Under the pieces are notes generated by a model. That model was not told the DNA's origin. It saw only the letters and a program-made list of their open reading frames with translations, and made no database searches. The position numbers and the translations under genes are program-made. From Chiloscyllium plagiosum (lineage: Eukaryota), in contig NC_057758.1 of NCBI RefSeq assembly GCF_004010195.1, positions 9,930,031 to 9,952,684 on the forward strand: a DNA stretch of 22,654 nucleotides, written 5' to 3'. Position 1 is the first letter of the stretch. Each line of letters opens with the position of its first letter. This document shows, in pieces, positions 20,980 through 22,654 of the stretch.

Positions 20980-21111
20980 GAATACAGGCAGAGAGCCTGA
21001 AGCGTGGAGAGATAAGTGAGAGGAGGGTGGGAGTGGGGAGAAAATAGCATAGAGTACAATAGGTGAGTGGGGGAGGGGATGAAGGTGATAGGTCAGGGAG
21101 GAGAGGGTGGA

Positions 21112-21414
21112 NNNNNNNNNNNNNNNNNNNNNNNNNNNNNNNNNNNNNNNNNNNNNNNNNNNNNNNNNNNNNNNNNNNNNNNNNNNNNNNNNNNNNNNNN
21201 NNNNNNNNNNNNNNNNNNNNNNNNNNNNNNNNNNNNNNNNNNNNNNNNNNNNNNNNNNNNNNNNNNNNNNNNNNNNNNNNNNNNNNNNNNNNNNNNNNNN
21301 NNNNNNNNNNNNNNNNNNNNNNNNNNNNNNNNNNNNNNNNNNNNNNNNNNNNNNNNNNNNNNNNNNNNNNNNNNNNNNNNNNNNNNNNNNNNNNNNNNNN
21401 NNNNNNNNNNNNNN
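21112..21414. other. Assembly gap (303 N)
   Basis: Run of N. Confidence 1.
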
Positions 21415-22654
21415 AGGGGGGCGTGGGCCTGACCAGGTAGTCACGGAGGGAACGGTCTTTGCGGAAGGCGGAAAGGTGTGGGGAGGGAAATATATCCCTG
21501 GTGGTGGTGTCTGTTTGGAGGTGGCGGAAATGTCGGCGGATGGTTTGGTTTATGCGAAGGTTGGTAGGGTGGAAGGTGTGCACCAGGGGCGTTCTGTCCT
21601 TGTTGCGGTTGGAGGGGTTGGGTCTGAGGGCGGAGGTGCGGGATGTGGATGAGATGCGTTGGAGGACATCTTTAACCACGTGGGAAGGAAAATTGCGGTT
21701 TCTAAAGAAGGAGGCCATCTGGTGTGTTCTGTGGTGGAACTGGTCCTCCTGGGAGCAGATACGGCGGAGGCGGAGGAATTGGGAATACGGGATGGCATTT
21801 TTGCAGGAGGTGGGATAGGAAGAGGTGTAATCCAGGTAGCTGTGGGAGTCGGTGGGTTTGTAAAAATGTCGGTATCAAGTCGGTCGTCATTTATGGAGAT
21901 AGAGAGGTCTAGGAAGGGGAGGGAGGTGTCAGAGATGGTCCAGGTAAATTTAAGGTCAGGGTGGAATGTGTTGGTGAAGTTGATGAATTGCTCAACCTCC
22001 TCGCAGGAGCATGAGTTGGCGCCAATGCAGTCATCAATGTAGCGGAGGAAGAGGTGGGGAGTGGTGCCGGTGTAATTATGGAAGATCGACTGTTTTACGT
22101 AGCCAACAAAGAGACAGGCATAGCTGGGGCCCATACGGGTGCCCATGGCTACCCCTTTGGTCTGGAGGAAGTGGGAGGATTTGAAGGAGAAATTGTTAAG
22201 GGTTAGGACCAGTTCGGCCAAACGAATGAGTGTGTCGGTGGAAGGGTACTGTTGGGGACGTCGGGAGAGGAAGAAACGGAGGGCTTGGAGGCCCTGGTCA
22301 TGGTGGATAGAGGTGTAGAGGGATTGGATATCCAAGGGGAAGATGAGGCGTTGGGGGCCAGGGAAAGGGAAGTCTTGGAGGAGGTGGAGAGTGTGGGTGG
22401 CGTCTCGAACATATGTGGGGAGTTCCTAGACTAGGGGGATAGGACAGTGTCGAGGTAGGTAGAAATGAGTTCAGTGGGGCAGGAACATGCTGAGACAATG
22501 GGTCAGCCAGGGTAGTAAGGCTTATGGATCTTGGGAAGGAGGTAGAACCGGGCAGTGCGGGGTTCCCGGACTATGAGGTTGGAAGCTGTGGGTGGGAGAT
22601 CTCCTGAGGTGATGAGGTTCTGTATGGTCTGGGAGATGATGGTTTGGTGATGGG
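21415..22654 (-). pseudogene. Disrupted Penelope reverse transcriptase ORF
   Basis: FYLLPKIHK..PG*PIVS, DIQSLYTSI, QTKGVAMGTRMGPSYA, FLRYIDD, LPFLD, IPYSQFLRLRRICS; stops at 22503-22505 and 22426-22428; 1-nt homopolymer deletions near 22436 and 21864. Confidence 0.93.

Larger units (their letters stand above)
20889..22654 (-). mobile_element. Penelope-like retroelement (RT, linker, 3' pseudo-LTR), truncated by the window edge
   Basis: PLE RT motifs plus pLTR at 20889-21111; the expected GIY-YIG region falls in the N gap. Confidence 0.95.

Noticed and set aside
8106..20985. Recurrent similar sequences as a CRISPR-like array
   Set aside because: Dispersed, irregular, several are TSD-flanked, and all are explained as Penelope termini; eukaryotic context with no cas genes
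20663..21652. Long ORFs crossing 21112-21414
   Set aside because: Their length is inflated by the N gap; the real part is PLE RT/linker

Overview
Eukaryotic, repeat-dense genomic DNA. The repeat content (CR1 LINEs with an esterase ORF1, Penelope-like elements (PLEs) with hammerhead-bearing pseudo-LTRs, a degenerate shark-type satellite unit) suggests a cartilaginous fish, probably a shark (inference). About 8-22.6 kb is almost entirely nested transposons: one old minus-strand CR1 split into 8 pieces by younger CR1/L2-type LINEs, Tigger-type MITEs and PLE termini, plus further CR1s and a decayed Penelope RT copy running off the right edge (303-N gap at 21112-21414). The mostly unique part (about 1.6-7.9 kb) holds an unidentified spliced minus-strand gene: a 1.7-kb open exon encoding a transmembrane helix plus a long S/P/T-rich tail, flanked by phase-compatible exon candidates that carry stops and frameshifts. 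Most notable: several minimal hammerhead ribozyme cores in PLE termini whose truncation/inversion points cluster at the ribozyme, a TSD-flanked 174-bp hairpin, a chimeric retro-insertion (unique sequence plus CR1 tail), and a MER44/Tigger7-like MITE. No prokaryote-type systems (CRISPR, operons) are supported. Repeat boundaries are approximate unless a TSD is quoted.
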